DNA from: the human T2T-CHM13v2.0 reference genome, Homo sapiens
Length of the DNA stretch: 64,000 bases
Strand: one strand, 5' to 3'
NCBI RefSeq assembly: GCF_009914755.1
Contig: NC_060938.1
Position numbers and translations under genes: made by a program
Shown: one piece after another, positions 40,571-54,617 of the stretch
Position numbering within the stretch: the first letter of the stretch is position 1
Layout: the number at the start of each line of letters is the position of its first letter
The notes under the pieces: model-generated
Told to the model about the DNA's origin: nothing
Seen by the model: only the letters and a program-made list of their open reading frames with translations
The model's database searches: none

Positions 40571-42113
40571 CTTGATTCTCTTCTAGGGTTTTCATAGTTT
40601 TGGGTTTTACATTTAAATCTTTAATCCATCTTGAGTTGTACATGGTGTAAGAAAAGGGTCCAGTTTCAATTTTGTGCATCTGCCTAGCCAGCTTTCCCAG
40701 CACTGTTTATTAAATAGAGAATCCTTTCCGCATAGCTTGGTTTTATCAGATTTGTCAAAGATTAGATGATTGTAGGTGTGTGGTCTTATTTCTGGGTTCT
40801 CTATTCTTTTCCACTGGTCTGTGTGTCTGTTTTCATGCCAGGACCATGCTGTTTTGGTTATTATTGCCTTGTAGTATAGTCTGAAGTCTGGTAGCTTGAT
40901 GCCTCCAGCTTTGTTCTTTTCGCTTAGGATTGTCTTGGCTATTTGGGCTCATTTTTGGTTCCATATGAATTAAAAATTTTTTTTTTCTAATTCTGTGAAG
41001 AATGCTAATGGTAATTTAATGGGAATAGCATCAAATCTATAAATTGCTTTGGGCAGTATGGCCATTTTCATGATGTTGATTCTTCCATGATGTTGAACCT
41101 CCTGAGCATGGAATGTTTTTCCATTAGTTTGTGTCCTCTCAGATTTCTTTGAGCAGTGGTTTGTAGTTCTCTTTGAAGACGTCCTTCACTTGCCCTGTTA
41201 GCTGTATTCCTAGGTATTTTATTCTTTTTGTGGCAATTGTAAATGGAACTTCATTCACAATTTGGCTTTCTGCTTGCATGTTGTTGGTGTATATGAATGC
41301 TGTAGATTTTGTATCCTGAGACTTTGCTGAAGGTGCTTATCAGCTTAAGAAAGTTTTGGGCTGAAAGGATGGGTTTTTCTAGATGTAGGATCATGTCATC
41401 TGCAAATAAAGACAGTTTGACTTCCTCTCTTCTTATTTCAATATTATTTATTTCTTTTTCTTGCCTGATTGCCCTGGCAAGAACTTCCAATACTGTGTTC
41501 AATAGGAGTAGTGAAAGAGGGCATCCTTGTCTCGTGCCAGTTTTCAAGGGCCATGCTTCCAACTTTTGCCTTTTCAGTATAATATTGGCTGTGGGTTTGT
41601 CATATATAGCTCTTATTAGTTTGAAGTATGTTCCTTCAATACCTAGCTTATTTAGAGTTTTTAACATGAAGGGATGTTGAATTTTATTGAAGGTATTTTC
41701 TGCATCTATTGAGATAGTCATGTGGTTTTTATCTTTAGTACTGTTTAAGTTATGAATCATTTATTGATTTGCATATGTTGAACCAGCCTTGGGGATGAAG
41801 CCCACTTGATCATAGTGGTTAAGCTTTTTGATGTCTGGTGGATTTGGTTTGCCAGTATTTTACTGGGGATGTTTGCATCGATGTTCATCAGGGTATTGGC
41901 CTGAAGTTTCCTTTTTTTGTTGTATCTTTGCCAAGGTTTGGTCAGGATGATGCTGGTTTCATTGAATGAGTTAGGGAGGCGTCCCTCCTTTTTAATTTTT
42001 TGGAATAGTTTTAAGTAGAAATGGTATCAGCAATTTGTACCTCTGGTAGAATTTAGCTGCAAATCTGTCAGGTCCTGGAGTTTTTTTTGTTTGGTAGGCT
42101 ATTTATGACTGAA
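40571..42113 (-). mobile_element. Outer L1PA, 5' part (ORF2 RT region, 5'-truncated)
   Basis: ORF 41251-41760 (SIDAE...GTRQGCPLS...LFADDMI); it ends at the TSD tggctgctttc, 42114-42124. Confidence 0.92.
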
Positions 42114-42205
42114 TGGCTGCTTTCAATAGCAGAGTCGAGTAGTTGCAACAGAGATGCAAAGACAGTATGGCTCACGAAGCCTAAAATATTTATTTTCTGG
42201 CCTCT
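42114..42205 (+). mobile_element. MER58A, right half
   Basis: tggctgctttc...gcagagtcgagtagttgcaacagag...aagcctaaaatattta...ctggcc. Confidence 0.8.
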
Positions 42206-44884
42206 GATCACATTCCATTTTCATGTATAGTGATCAAATACAAAGAATAGGTGTCAAATATTTGCTTGGAGTTTTATAAGGTTTTCCTCTGGTCCACAAT
42301 GGAAACTAAATATAATAAAGCAAAATAAAATTAATTTTAAAAACAAAATGTTTGATCTGTATAATATTGAATAAGAGAAAATTTTTAGATGATTTTATTT
42401 TTATTTCTATCTGAACACTTGTGCACCAATAGCTCTGGGATGCTATGTGACTTGATGTGAAATTTGAAGATCCAATAACAATGTTCCTTATCATTAATAA
42501 TGAACATAGTCTCTCCTCTTACGCATGACAGCCATTACTTTACTATATTTTTGATTCCTGTTGTATTCTCAGTTGCTTTAGCCCTAAATGCATGGATGAT
42601 CTCATAGGTAAACTAACAAAACCGAGAGATCCTTTTGCATGTTGGATTATAAATTAGATACAGAACATATCAATTGTGCCTCTTCTCCAAATTAAAATAA
42701 GCATGAAGAATACAGAGGAAACAATTAAAAAAATTGAATGCTGAGAAAATGGTTGATATTTATACCCCCAATCAATGACATCATTCAACTAAAATTATAA
42801 ATCCACAGTCACACAACAAATGTCTGCTATGAGTTATCTCCTTTGGCAGAAGCATTATAGAGCTATTTAAGAGCTTCACTCAGATGCATAATTTGTCTAT
42901 CTTTGAAAAAGTGTGATATTTATTTTCATTGTATTCTGACAGCCTACTCATATGATTATGCATTATGATTATTCTCCTTTTTGGAGCCTTCTCACACTTT
43001 ACAAAATTAATGTGGTGTATCCTTCATCACCATTTTCTAAAAATGGAGTATTTTCAATCAATGGATCTAGCCAAACAAATAGCCTTATATTCTTTGACAT
43101 TTTTTAAATCATGGCAGAATTGAGTGCTTTATTTTTTTCTTTTGATTTAAACAAACAAAACAGAAAAAAAACAAAAAAAAACCTGTCAACAAAAGTAATT
43201 AGGATGTCAAAAATAAAAGCTTTATTCATAATCATTACAGAAATGCTGAGGTGTGTTTAATTTAGAAGTCAGATATTTTGAAATGAAAAATCTTAGCATT
43301 TTGTGGAAATTCATACTTGCCTTGTGATTTTCCATTTATCTCCTTCCCTCTTGTGTTTGAGTCATAGAAGAACTATATGAGCTATCAGGCATTTCTTTCT
43401 GAGGCTTTGTTTTTTTTTTAATTGATTTGCTCTTCTTTTGGGTAAATAGGTCTAGAAATGAAAGGATCTAAGAAAAGAAATATTAGATTCAAGAAAAATA
43501 CTGTCAAAAACTGAGTTAATATTTGAAATGTATTGCAAGTACAATTTGGAATTGGTCTTAATCCTCCAGTTGTTGCCTCCTGTTCAGCTCTGCCTGGGCA
43601 GGCTGGCCTTCGTTTGTTTAGAGACTGGCATGATGGATGAGCTGGTGCTAGGACAATGTGTTTAAGTAAAACCTGGGAGTTCCTGGGTTAGCGAAACACA
43701 ATTCATGTAAAGCCTTGGGAACATCCAGCAGCTGTATTGCTATTTGCCTTATCAAGGAGACTGATTGAACCAAACCACGTCCAATTTTTATTTTTGAAAG
43801 AGGAAAAGAAATAATTTGAGGGCATTCTCCCAAACTTTGAACTTGATTCTCATTCAAGCAGAAAACTTTGAACATCTTTCTAGAAAATAGTAACAGAAAC
43901 ACCTGGAGAATTTATGGTGAGGAATACTCTAGGCTCCAAACTCCTTACAGACTTTCCCATCTGGCCTGAAATGACAAATAGAATTACCTACATTTCACAG
44001 GCAAGAAAATAGAAGTAAGGAGAGAATAAATGGTTTGGGCAAATTGGAAAGGAAGGAAATCAAGCTTCAGTTTTCTGGCATTCTTTTATCTGCCCTAGAA
44101 TAGTAAACTTTCAATTGTTTGAAGATGTTGTTTTGTTTTTGTTTACACAGTCCAGATGCTACAGAATACATACATTTTACAACATCCTCACGTGGACATC
44201 TAGTCAGTGGTTAAAAACCTGTAGTGGGGCAACCCACTTAATTTTGGTATGCTTTTGACTATAAGAAGATTCCTCTTCAGATTAACTATGATTTCCCTCT
44301 TTTATCTTCCATTCACTTGTTCTAATAATTCTACTTTTTGGAGTCATATGGAACAAATCTAACATCTGTGTTACATCCAAGCCATTCAAATATTTGAAGA
44401 TAGTAATCATACTCTCTTTGGATTAAAATGTCTTATGTCCTTTGATGTTTCTTCAACAAGTGTGGTTTTAAGGCCCATCCTTACTCTGATCTATCTTGTA
44501 GGTTTAGTTTTTTTCTTCTAACTAAAATCCGTTAAAATAATGCAAAGCCTAGAACAAAAATGCAACAATTTAGCTATGATCTGATCATGAAAGAGTTGAC
44601 ATAAATTCCTTCATTCTAGATTGTGTGCTTCTATGAATTTAGCCTAGGCTCACTTTTTTTTTTTTTTTGAAGCATCACATTACTTAAACTCAGCTTATTG
44701 TAAATTAAAATCCTTAAGACCTTATGTATGATGTTGCTGTGTGATATATTACCTCATCTTTTCAGGTAGGGTTGCTTTTCCAGTCTAAAATGCACATACA
44801 CTTATCTCTGTTCAATTTAATCTTATTAAAACCAATGTTTCAGTTCAGTCTAACAGACATTTTGGAGGCTATTTTGTTTTTATA

Positions 44885-45472
44885 TTTTAGAGGCAGGGAC
44901 ACACTGTGTTGCTTAGGCTGGAGGGCAGTGGCTATGCAGATGTGCAGCCATAGAGCATTGCAGCCTTGAACTCCTGGGCTCAAGGGATCCTCCTGCTATG
45001 GTTCGGATATTTGGCCCCTCTAAATATCATGCTGTAATTTGATCTGCACTGTTGAAGGTGGGACTGAATGGGGGGTGTTTGGGTCATAGGGGGAGATCCC
45101 ACATGGATAGATTAATGCCCTCCCTGGGGAAGGGGGAGTGAGTGGATCTATTAGTTCCCACTAGATTTCCCCTGAGAATTGGTTGTTGAAAAGAGCCTGA
45201 CCCTCTTCCTTTCTGTCTTGCCATGTGATCTGTATACACCAGCTCTCCTTCTCCTTCTGCTACAAGTGGAAGCAGCCTTAGGCTCTCACCAGAATCAAAT
45301 GCTGGTTTCATGCTTCTTGTACAGTCAGCAGAACCATGAGCCAAATAAACCTCTTTTCTTTTTAAATCACCCAACCTCAGGTATTCTCTTATAACCATAC
45401 AAACAGGCTAAAACACTCCCATCTTAGCCTTCTGGGCAGTTCGGACCACAGGCCTGTGCCATCACAGCCAGC
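44885..45472 (-). mobile_element. Fossil Alu monomer (FAM-like), split by an MST LTR
   Basis: gcagtggctat...catagagcattgcagccttgaactcctgggctcaag before the LTR and cccatcttagcct...gccagc after it. Confidence 0.7.
44994..45415 (+). mobile_element. MST-type MaLR solo LTR
   Basis: tgctatggtt...aataaacctcttttc...cctcaggtattctcttata...ctaaaaca, with ctcc duplicated at the flanks. Confidence 0.85.
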
Positions 45473-46323
45473 TAAATTTTGCAGTTTGGTTGTAATATCT
45501 AGCATGCACTTTATCCATTTTGAGCCTTGTCTTATCTGCAAATGTGATGACCATGCCCTCTATGTCACCATCCAAGACTTTGGAAATCATTTTGCATGCT
45601 ACACAACTAAGGGAAAATGCTCTCCTTCCTAATGTGTATCCTTTGCTTAGTACCATTTTAGTCTGGATATTTAAAAATCGTAATTCTCCATCTAAAATGC
45701 CCTTATTTCCGAGTCCAAATCTCTTAATCTTTTGTTAAGGTCATTGTTAGTGACCTCATTAAATCCCTTGCTAAAGTCCAGGCATATTATGCTTATGTTT
45801 GCTATGGAAGATTATTCAATCTAATAATTCTTTTTAAGAAAGAAATTAGATGCATCAGCCATAACTTGTTGATAATGAACCTAAATTGAGTCTGGTAGTC
45901 CTAACTCTAGTGAAACTTTATGGCGAGTGAAATGCAGTAAAGACTCAGTGAAATGCATTAGTCGTGGCTCAAATATGACCTGAAGCTTTGAGCTTTCATG
46001 GATTATTCAACTAACTACTAAAATATTTTATTTTATATGCTTTGAATCAGGAGAAAATTAAGCTAATAATACAAGTATTTTAAAATAATTTCAGGGAGGA
46101 GCTCACAAATTTTCTGGGTATTGAAATGCTGTATTCCAATTATCCACAAATATAATATCAAGATCTAGATCAGAATTTCTTCATACTGAAGAGTCACACA
46201 TCCATTAAGAAAGAACACACTGATTAAGTCTAGGAAATCTATCTCACCCACAAGAAGTTTGTCAAATAATTTTTTGAAAAGAATAAGAGGAAATATATTA
46301 ATTAGCCAGAGAAGGATTCCTAT

Positions 46324-46812
46324 TGTGTCTGGAGTTGGTTCCTTCCAGTGAGTTCGTCCTCTTGCTGACTTCAAGAATGGAGTTGCAGACCTTCGCAGTG
46401 AGTGTTACAGCCCTTAAAGATGGCATGGACCCAAAGAGTGAGCAGCAGCAAGATTTATTGTAGAGAGCAAAAGAACAAAGCTTCCACAGTGTGCAAAGGG
46501 ACCTGAGCGGGTTGCCGCTGCTGGCTGGGGTGGTCAGCTTTTATTCCCTTGTTTGTCCCCACCCACATCCTACTGATTGGTCCATTTTACAGAATGCTGC
46601 TTCTTCCATTTTACAGAGCACTGATTGGTCCATTTTACAGGGTGCTGATTGGTCCATTTTACAAACCTCTAGCAAGCCACAGAGCACTGATTGGTACGTT
46701 TTACAATCCTAGCTACAAAGTGCTGATTGGTGCATTTTACAATCCTCTTGTAAGACAGAAAAGTTCTCCAAGTCCCCACCTGACCCAGAAGTCCAGCTGG
46801 CTTCACCTCTCA
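46324..46812 (-). mobile_element. LTR12-family (ERV9, LTR12F-like) solo LTR
   Basis: Minus strand starts tgagaggtgaagccagctggacttc, has five ctgattgg (CCAAT) repeats, and a perfect 4-bp TSD ctat/ctat. Confidence 0.88.
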
Positions 46813-47081
46813 CTATTATCATCAGCTTTTACATTTCCAAAGGTATGGGGGGATTATTGTCTTTATTTATTTAGATTTTCTTTGCTTATTTTCCTCTGAC
46901 TCGGCAGATGATTGCTCTGTTCTAGCAAACATGTACGTCTTGAACTATCAAAGAAAAACAAAGAGCATACGAATTTTGGAACAATTCTTAGATGTCATGA
47001 AGTTCAATTTTCATCTAGGTGGCATCTTTCTCTATGATATTCTTGACAGATGGCCAGTCAGTCTTTACCTGAATGCCTGAT

Positions 47082-47494
47082 TGATATAGTTTGTATGTGT
47101 GTCCCCACCCACATCTCATATTGAAATGTAATCCCCAATGTTGGAGGTGGGGCCTGGTGGAAGATGATTGGATCATGGGGGCAGATTTCTCATGAATGGC
47201 TTAGCACAATCCCCCTTGGTACTATCCTCGCAATAGTAAGTTCTCTTCAGATCTAGTTGTTTAAAAGTGTGTAGCACCTCCTTCTCATGCTCTTATCCCT
47301 GCTCTGGTCGTGTAATGTGTCTTCTCCTTCTGCCATGATTGTATGTTTTCTGAGGCCTCCCCAGAAGCTGAGCAGATGCCAGCATCATGCTTCCTGTACA
47401 CACTGCAGAACTGTGAGCCAATTAAACCTCTTTCACTTATAAATTCCCCCTTCTCAGGTATTTCTTTATTGCAATGCAAGAACAGCCTGATACA
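47082..47494 (+). mobile_element. MSTA/B MaLR solo LTR
   Basis: tgatatagtttg...tgaggcctccccagaagc...ccaattaaacctctt...gataca. Confidence 0.88.
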
Positions 47495-50468
47495 TTCATG
47501 TAACAGGGAACTCATTATCAATAAAGAAACTACTCTAAACATGAAAAAGTTTAAAAGTTTTAAGTATTAAAATGTTTTAAAATAATATTTAGAAAATATA
47601 CCTTCCCATGGCTTTCAGCTTTTACTCTGGGTCTTGTCTTTTGTGTGAAAATAGAATAAGTGTAGTCTTTCCTCTACCTGGCAGCTCTTCAGATTTTAAA
47701 GGTGACTATCTAATTTAAAAAATTGTTTGATATTCGAGTATGAACTGTAGATCTTTTCCCTCTGCCTAGGCCAAGGAAAAGGGAGAAGCAGTGACATGAA
47801 ACTCCCATGGGAAGGCATAGTCGTAAGGTGGTTAAATTAGAAATCAAAGGACTTGCAATCTACTCTAAGTTCTTACTTTAAATATGATTTGAGAGTCTCT
47901 CGTATCTATGCCTCAGCTTCACCATCTGTAAAATGAGACCCATGCTATTTTCCTAAATATAGAAGAATGCTATTGAGATGTAATGAGAGAATAAATGTTA
48001 AAGATCTCTGTAAAGAGAGTTGTAAATATAAACACTTAAGACTTTAGAGGAAAAAAATAAGCAACAGAAGAAGTTATATCTGCACCTCTGGTCAGTCATC
48101 AGCATTCTCTGTCCCCACTTTTTTTTTTTTTTTTTTGCTTTCTCAATGCCTGGTACAAAGGATTTGTTTTCTCTGACTCCCTCTTTCCTAACTATGAGTC
48201 CTCCCTTATTCTTTTCATCGACGAGTATCCTTCATTCAGTTTTTCTTTGACTGTTGGCCCAGATCCTGAAAGCCCTTCTTTTAATTGCTCTGCTCTTCAT
48301 CCCCTTATCCCTAATCAACTGTCACATTTTTATTAGGAAAATAATTTTTAAAATTTCAAATCCTAACTACTATTCTGTCTAGTTCTATTCTGTTTCCTTA
48401 TAATTTCAGTGTTCACAAATACATTAAATCCCTAATTAAAATGAAATAAAATACAAGCTTCTTTTGGGTTTGCCATATATCACCTTATTCTTTCTTCTCT
48501 TCAAACCGCTTACTCCTGCTTTATAATCCTTGCTCCAAATCCTCCTTTTATATTACAAAAAAAAAAAAAAAAAAAATCAAATACCTAGGCCTCCTCCTGC
48601 TAAGACCTTATTTCTAGTTTTTTAGCCTCTGTAACTCCTCAATACCTAGCTCCATTTCCAATTTAAATCAGTCTTTCTATAAGAATAATTCTGCACTCAT
48701 CTTTTAATCTGCATACTATGAATACAACCAAAGGGGTTTAAAAAATAAAAACCAAAATGCTTTTAGAATTGGTGGAGAGAAGGGACTGTATGTTGGGGAT
48801 TCTGAATCTTTTTGTTTAAGAAATGCCAAATTTGGGCACCTGGGTGTAACATTTGGGATGACCCCAAGTTATCCAGGTCTTACTATAGTCACTTCAAAGG
48901 AAGAAACAAAGGCCAAGGCAAAAAGGAAAAGTGTGTGTCCTAGCAGACAATATATTTTTCCTCCCATAATATCATTACTTGTGATGGTAATCACATTGCT
49001 CCGAAAAGAAAACAGATTTCCATTTTATTTTGTGGTCCTAATGAATAGATCTCCATTTATGCTGCCACAAAGTCGTTTCAGGGTATGGGCTCTTCTTTTT
49101 CAGAGTAGTTAGAATAATGGATGATCTTTTCTGCAATTACTCGGGTGTAATTAAATCTGTGGATTTTGCTGACTACTCTAACAGTTGAGCACTGAAGCTT
49201 ATTCCTGGAGGTTTATCTATCAATTGAATGGCAACTCTCCTGCCTAGCTATGCCCCTGTAGATGGGTTTATGAATTTATGGTTCATAGTACCCTTTTCAG
49301 AACATACTGGGTACAGCTGAGATGAATGAGGAAGGAAAGGGGAAGCGTATTTCTATGGAGATGTACTCTAGTTGTACTTTTCTTATATCTGGGTAAGGCA
49401 GAGACCTGAAGAGGTTTTATGTGAGATGAATCTGCTTAGATAGGCTGAAAACAGGTGCCCCTGTAATGGGAAATAGAGCATCTGACTGACAAAAAGCCGC
49501 ATGATGTAGAAACTTTGTCCCATTCATTTTTGTATAACTGATACCTAGCATGGAGATTGGCATTTAGAAGGTTCTCAATAAGCAATGATTGACCTGAACA
49601 TGGCCTGGGATAAATCACACTGAAACAGAATCTTGGTCCTTAAGAAATCTAGAGCTAAGGCCAACAAGAATATTTCCCTTCTGACTTTGTCCTGGTGTCT
49701 ATTTTAACAACCAGATGATTGTTCAACACGTTGATGAACACTATGCAAATATTAAGTTGCATAAATTTAATGTTCAATTTCTATTTTCATAGCATCACAG
49801 GATTAGAAGATTTCATGACCCTCTCTATTTGGGTATGAGTGTTCCTACGTGATACAGATGAAGTTTTCTATTGTAGCGTTGAAAACTTCCTTGCATTGAT
49901 ACCCACAGTAGCAGTAAATATTTTTAATAGTTGTACAATTATTCCAAATATCTAATTCAAATCTTTAAATATGCATCAAAGCCATTCTTTTTTTGTTTCT
50001 TCTTCCCTCAGTAGAAAATCTTTCTCTTCATATAGAACACCTGCAAATATTTTTTGCTAGAAATTAGACTATTGTCTAAAAGCCTTGTCACTTCTCTCCC
50101 CAGCTTCTTGGAGATCAACAACAATCCAAAGGCAGAAGGGAAGATAATTAGAAATTGAGGATGGGAAAGAGGAAGAGAGAAGAAATAATGACTTTCAGAG
50201 GACTTTCTCTCCCTTAGAACAAAATGAAAAGGAACACCTAAAATACTCAGCATGTGGTACTTTTATCTCTGCTTTCTTACCTTGGGCCCTGTGATTCTTA
50301 TTAAGAATAGTGATTGTCCTATATGTCCAGCTTCCTCTATTTATGAGGTAACAGAATTAATTTCTTCCTCAAGTCCCATTACTGGCATTGCTTTCTTCTT
50401 GACCAAAGCTGAGTTCTGCACCAATGCTGAGTCTTCTCATTTTGTAAAATATTTATGGTCATAATCCA

Positions 50469-50771
50469 CAGTCATATAGGATAGTGGTCCTATAAGATTA
50501 CAATACTGTATTTTTACTATACCTTTTCTATGTTTAGTTTTGTTTAGATATACAAATACTTACCATTATGTTACAGTTGCCTATAGTATTCAGGACAGTA
50601 GCATGCCATGCAAGTTTGTAGCCTAGGAGCAATAGGCTACACTATATAGCCTAGGTGAATTGTAGGCTATGCCGTCTAGTTTTGTGTAAATGTACTCTTT
50701 GATGTTGCCTCAATGATGATGTCACCTAACAGTGCATTTATCAGAAGTGCCCCCATCAATACACATGACTG
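50469..50771. mobile_element. Tigger3/MER7-type DNA transposon
   Basis: cagtcat...atgactg termini and the core gtagcctaggagcaataggcta. Confidence 0.8.
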
Positions 50772-51605
50772 TATTTGGTCTTCTTCCTAATTTCCTGATA
50801 TATGACCACTAAAACCTTAAAATCTCCTAAGTTATAAGAGCGTCTTTTTTATGCTAATGATATGACTGGTGGCTGGAGACCCCTAGATAGCTTCAGGATG
50901 GGAGCTGGTCACCAGAAAGACCAAGGGTTGATTAGAGAGAGTTGGGGCTTTCAACCCCACCCTCCAACTTCCAGGGAGAGGAGGGAGGCTATAGGTCACA
51001 TTGATCACCAATGGCAAATAATTTGATCAATCATGTCTACATAATGAAACCTCCTTAAAAACTCAAAAGAAGAGAGCTCAGAGAGCTTCCATATAGCTTT
51101 ACAATGGAGGTTCCTGAAGGGTAGTGCACCAGGAGAGGATGTGGAAACTCTGCACCCTTTCTCCCATACCTTACCCTAGGCACCTCCTTCATCTGGCAAT
51201 TCATCTGTATCCTTTGTAATATGCTTTATAATAAATGGAGTAACATAAGTAAGTGTTTCCCTGAGTTCTGTGAGCTGTTCTTACAAATTAATTGAACCCA
51301 AGGAGGGAGTTATGGGAACCCCAATTTCTAGCCAGTCAGTCGGAAGCACAGGCCACGACCTGTGCTTGCAATTGGCATCAGAAGTTGGGGGCAGTGTTGT
51401 GGGACTGAGCTCTCAACCTGTAGGATCTGACGCTATCTCCAGGTAAATAGTGTCAGGATGGAATTAAATTACAGGATCCTAGCTGGTGTGCACTGCACAA
51501 TTGTTTGCTTGGTGTTTGGGGAAAAAATCCCCACACATGTAGTCACAGAAGCATTCTGTGTTGAAAGAGTGTAGTAGGAGAAACAGTTTGTTTTTTCCAC
51601 TCATA
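50772..51605. mobile_element. MER21-type LTR
   Basis: ccctagatagcttcaggatggg.gctggtcaccagaaagaccaagg and taagtgtttccctgagttctgtgagc. Confidence 0.75.
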
Positions 51606-52384
51606 CATAAATAGTCTAAAATAGGACAGAGAACACTAGAAGTGTACTTCCACATTACTACAACATATACATCTTGACCACTGGCTTATCTCCAGTTGTT
51701 ATCTTGCCAATTTCCAATCGCTTACTGATTTTCTATTACTGAGTAGAACTCAGTAGACAAAAGTGACTATTCTTCAATTTGATTCATTTTTAAGGATTAA
51801 ATTTTAACTCTCTTTCACGTTTTTGCCATGGTGATCTAAGAATTTGACAAAATTTAGAAATAGCACTTGCTTGCTCCAATAATGAGTTCTCAAGAGAAAG
51901 CCAACTTGTTCTTTCTTTGCTGGGCTTAATATCTATTCCTAGGTTACTTATGAAAGAGGAATGAAAGTAAAGACTATGGATGAGATATTTTATTGGCTAT
52001 TCTCAGGTTTCATTTTGAGGTAAGTAAGTAGAAATCGAGTAAGGCAAATAATAGAGAAAATTTGAGCTTTGTGCCAGGAGAGACTTCTTTCTTAGTACCA
52101 GTTAGCTGCATTTTCTTTTTTCATCCCTTCTGGAAGGTATGAGTTTAAGTAGGTGTCTGACAAGCCTCTTTGGTAAGATCCTTCTTTTAGTTCAAAATTT
52201 ATAGAAGTAATCATAACTTTTTATTGTCCCTACATTACAGTGGAAATATGGGAAAGGTCCAGAAAAGTACTGCTATCGAAAGAACCATGATATAGCAAAG
52301 TGAGGGCATGGTAGACCAAAGTGAGGCTATTTACAGATGGTACTATGGGTGCAAATGTTATTGGTGACCAAGTGTAGTCTCTGG

Positions 52385-52541
52385 GGCTGGGGTTCTCAAA
52401 GCATGGTGCTTGGGTCAGCAGCATTAGCAACTCCAGGGAGATTATTCAAAATACAAATCCCTTTTCCTGTCCTAAAAATACTGTCCCAGTAACTCTGAGG
52501 GTAAGGTAATTCTGATGTGAGCTTAAGTTTGAGAACCACTG
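52385..52541. mobile_element. MER5A
   Basis: ggttctcaaagcatgg...cagcagcattagca...aagtttgagaaccactg. Confidence 0.75.
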
Positions 52542-52619
52542 GTCTGGTGCAAGAAAGAGTTTTTGCATCATGTAGATTTCAATAACATCTCATCACTTGC
52601 AGTGTACACAAGCTTGAGT

Positions 52620-52980
52620 AGATAACAAGACCTCTGGATCCTCAGTTTTGTTATCAATGAAAGGGGATAATAACACCTCCTTTTTAGAGTTGTTGTGATG
52701 ATTATAGAGCCAGGGAAAGATACCATGTTATTTAGTGCTTCTTGTATACCAAACATTGTTGAAAAGATTTTATGAGGAATGACTTTTATTCTTCAAAACA
52801 ACCTGATGAGACAGTACATTTTACAGCTGAGGAAATGGAGACAGAGAGGTTAAATAACTTGCCCAAGCTCACACAGCAAGTGAGTGTCAGAGCCAGATGT
52901 GAACAAATTAGAATTAGAACCTTTGCTCATGACCACCTGCCATTTATAAGGTGCCTGACACATAGTAGGAAATGTTAATT
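52620..52980. mobile_element. MIR remnants in both orientations
   Basis: cctcagttttgttatcaatgaaagggg and attttacagctgaggaaatggag...aacttgcccaag. Confidence 0.65.
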
Positions 52981-53263
52981 CTCTTTCCTACTTTATTCTC
53001 TTGGGATGTCATGATATGATCTATGGAAAATTATTACTTACTGATTCAGTCTGGTTATACTAATAGGAAAAATTAACTTTAATTTAGTACAAATTGAAAA
53101 TCAAATCAATGGAGATTCAAATTAAGGCTTACAATATGGGTAATTCCTGGACATTTGAGAAACCAGTATTAGTCTTAGTCTTATTCTTGCAACCTTGACC
53201 ATTTCTTTCTCTTTCCCTCTTTCTCCTACATGAGTTTAACGTAGAAAAATTAGCAAGCTAAGT

Positions 53264-53745
53264 CACTGGTTGTCAAACTTCTTGGCTCAAGGTCCCCTTT
53301 ACACTCGTACAAATTATTGAAAATCCAAAGAATTTTGTTTATATGGGTTGTGTCAATCAATATTTACAGTATTAGAAATTAAAATGGAAATTGTTAAAAT
53401 GCTTAATTTATTTAAAACTAAATTACATGCTAACATAAATAACATATTTTTATGAAAAAAATCATATTTCCAAAACAAAACCATTATCGAGAAGTGTGGT
53501 ATTTTTCTAATTATTAAAAATATGTTGAAAGAGTGGCTAATAGAAGACAACTGGATTCTCACACTTCTGCATTCTATCTGTTGCATTATCATGCCAGGTA
53601 GCCTCTGGAAAACTCCTCTGTATACTCACAGGAAAATGTTAGTGAATGGAAAATGATTTCCTAGTATTATTACAAAAATAGTTTTGACCTCACAGACCCT
53701 CTGAAGGGACCAGGGGTCATTGGGTCATATTCTGAGAACTCTCTG
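53264..53745. mobile_element. hAT-Charlie (Charlie4-like) element
   Basis: Motifs cccctttacactc...aaattattga, aatagaagacaactggattctc and aaatagttttgacct. Confidence 0.65.
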
Positions 53746-54617
53746 GGCTAGCTGATAGTCGAATAGAGGTACACAGTTAATCCAGAAATCTCATGCTCTA
53801 AGGCTTTCTCTTTCCTCTTAATAACAATTTTTTGGTTACTGATTTATCGACCAAGAATTAATCAAAGTGAATTCATTTATATGGAACTATGCCAGAAGCC
53901 CCAAAGAGTAAGATATATGATAATGTATGTAGCACAACAATTGTAAAATAAACTTTATTTTGATTAACTTATTATTAACTTTGACAGCTGAGCAAAACCA
54001 TTTTTAGCACCAATAGAAATAGAGCAGAAATAAGATGGTGGGAAAGTGGATAGGTGAGCTTCCATGACAAGAAATAGAACTCTATTTGTGTGTTTTTATT
54101 GCTCACAAGTGGTTTAGAATGCCTGAAAAATACACTGTGTCTGCAGCATCTACTTGTGTTAGGAGATATGTAAAAGTTTAGCAATCCTCTCTCTTATTTA
54201 ACAATGTGTGCTTGAAATTGAATTTAAGGAATATCTGAAGTTTGCTAATAGTAAAATAGATCTACTACAAAGAGTAATTATTTCAGTGTCAATCTTTTGA
54301 TAAATAGGCAGCATCCCTTAAGTTTCTGGGGAGTTTATTTCTAGTCAACAAGGATAGTGTGGAATAAGGATGACATGATTAAAGTGAAAGAAACATTTAG
54401 TAACATTTATTTTATATCAAAGCAGTTCACAACAATTATTCTTTTACTTATTGCTTCAAATAACCAGGAATTGCACTGCTAAGAAAAAAACTTTAAATAA
54501 ATGCACTATAGGATCTCTGTTCTTTTATTTGCTGAGTTCCTTAAACTTCATGCTTTACATATGAATGTGACATGCTTATCAACCTCAGTTTTGATGTTCT
54601 TAAGAAAGATAGAATAC

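Noticed and set aside
46549-46899. Repetitive protein (LIGPFYR repeats) or CRISPR-like array
   Set aside because: These are LTR12 U3 CCAAT tandem repeats with no unique spacers, in eukaryotic DNA.
48119-48576. Orphan poly(T) and poly(A) runs as retro-insertion remnants
   Set aside because: No TSD or element body is visible.
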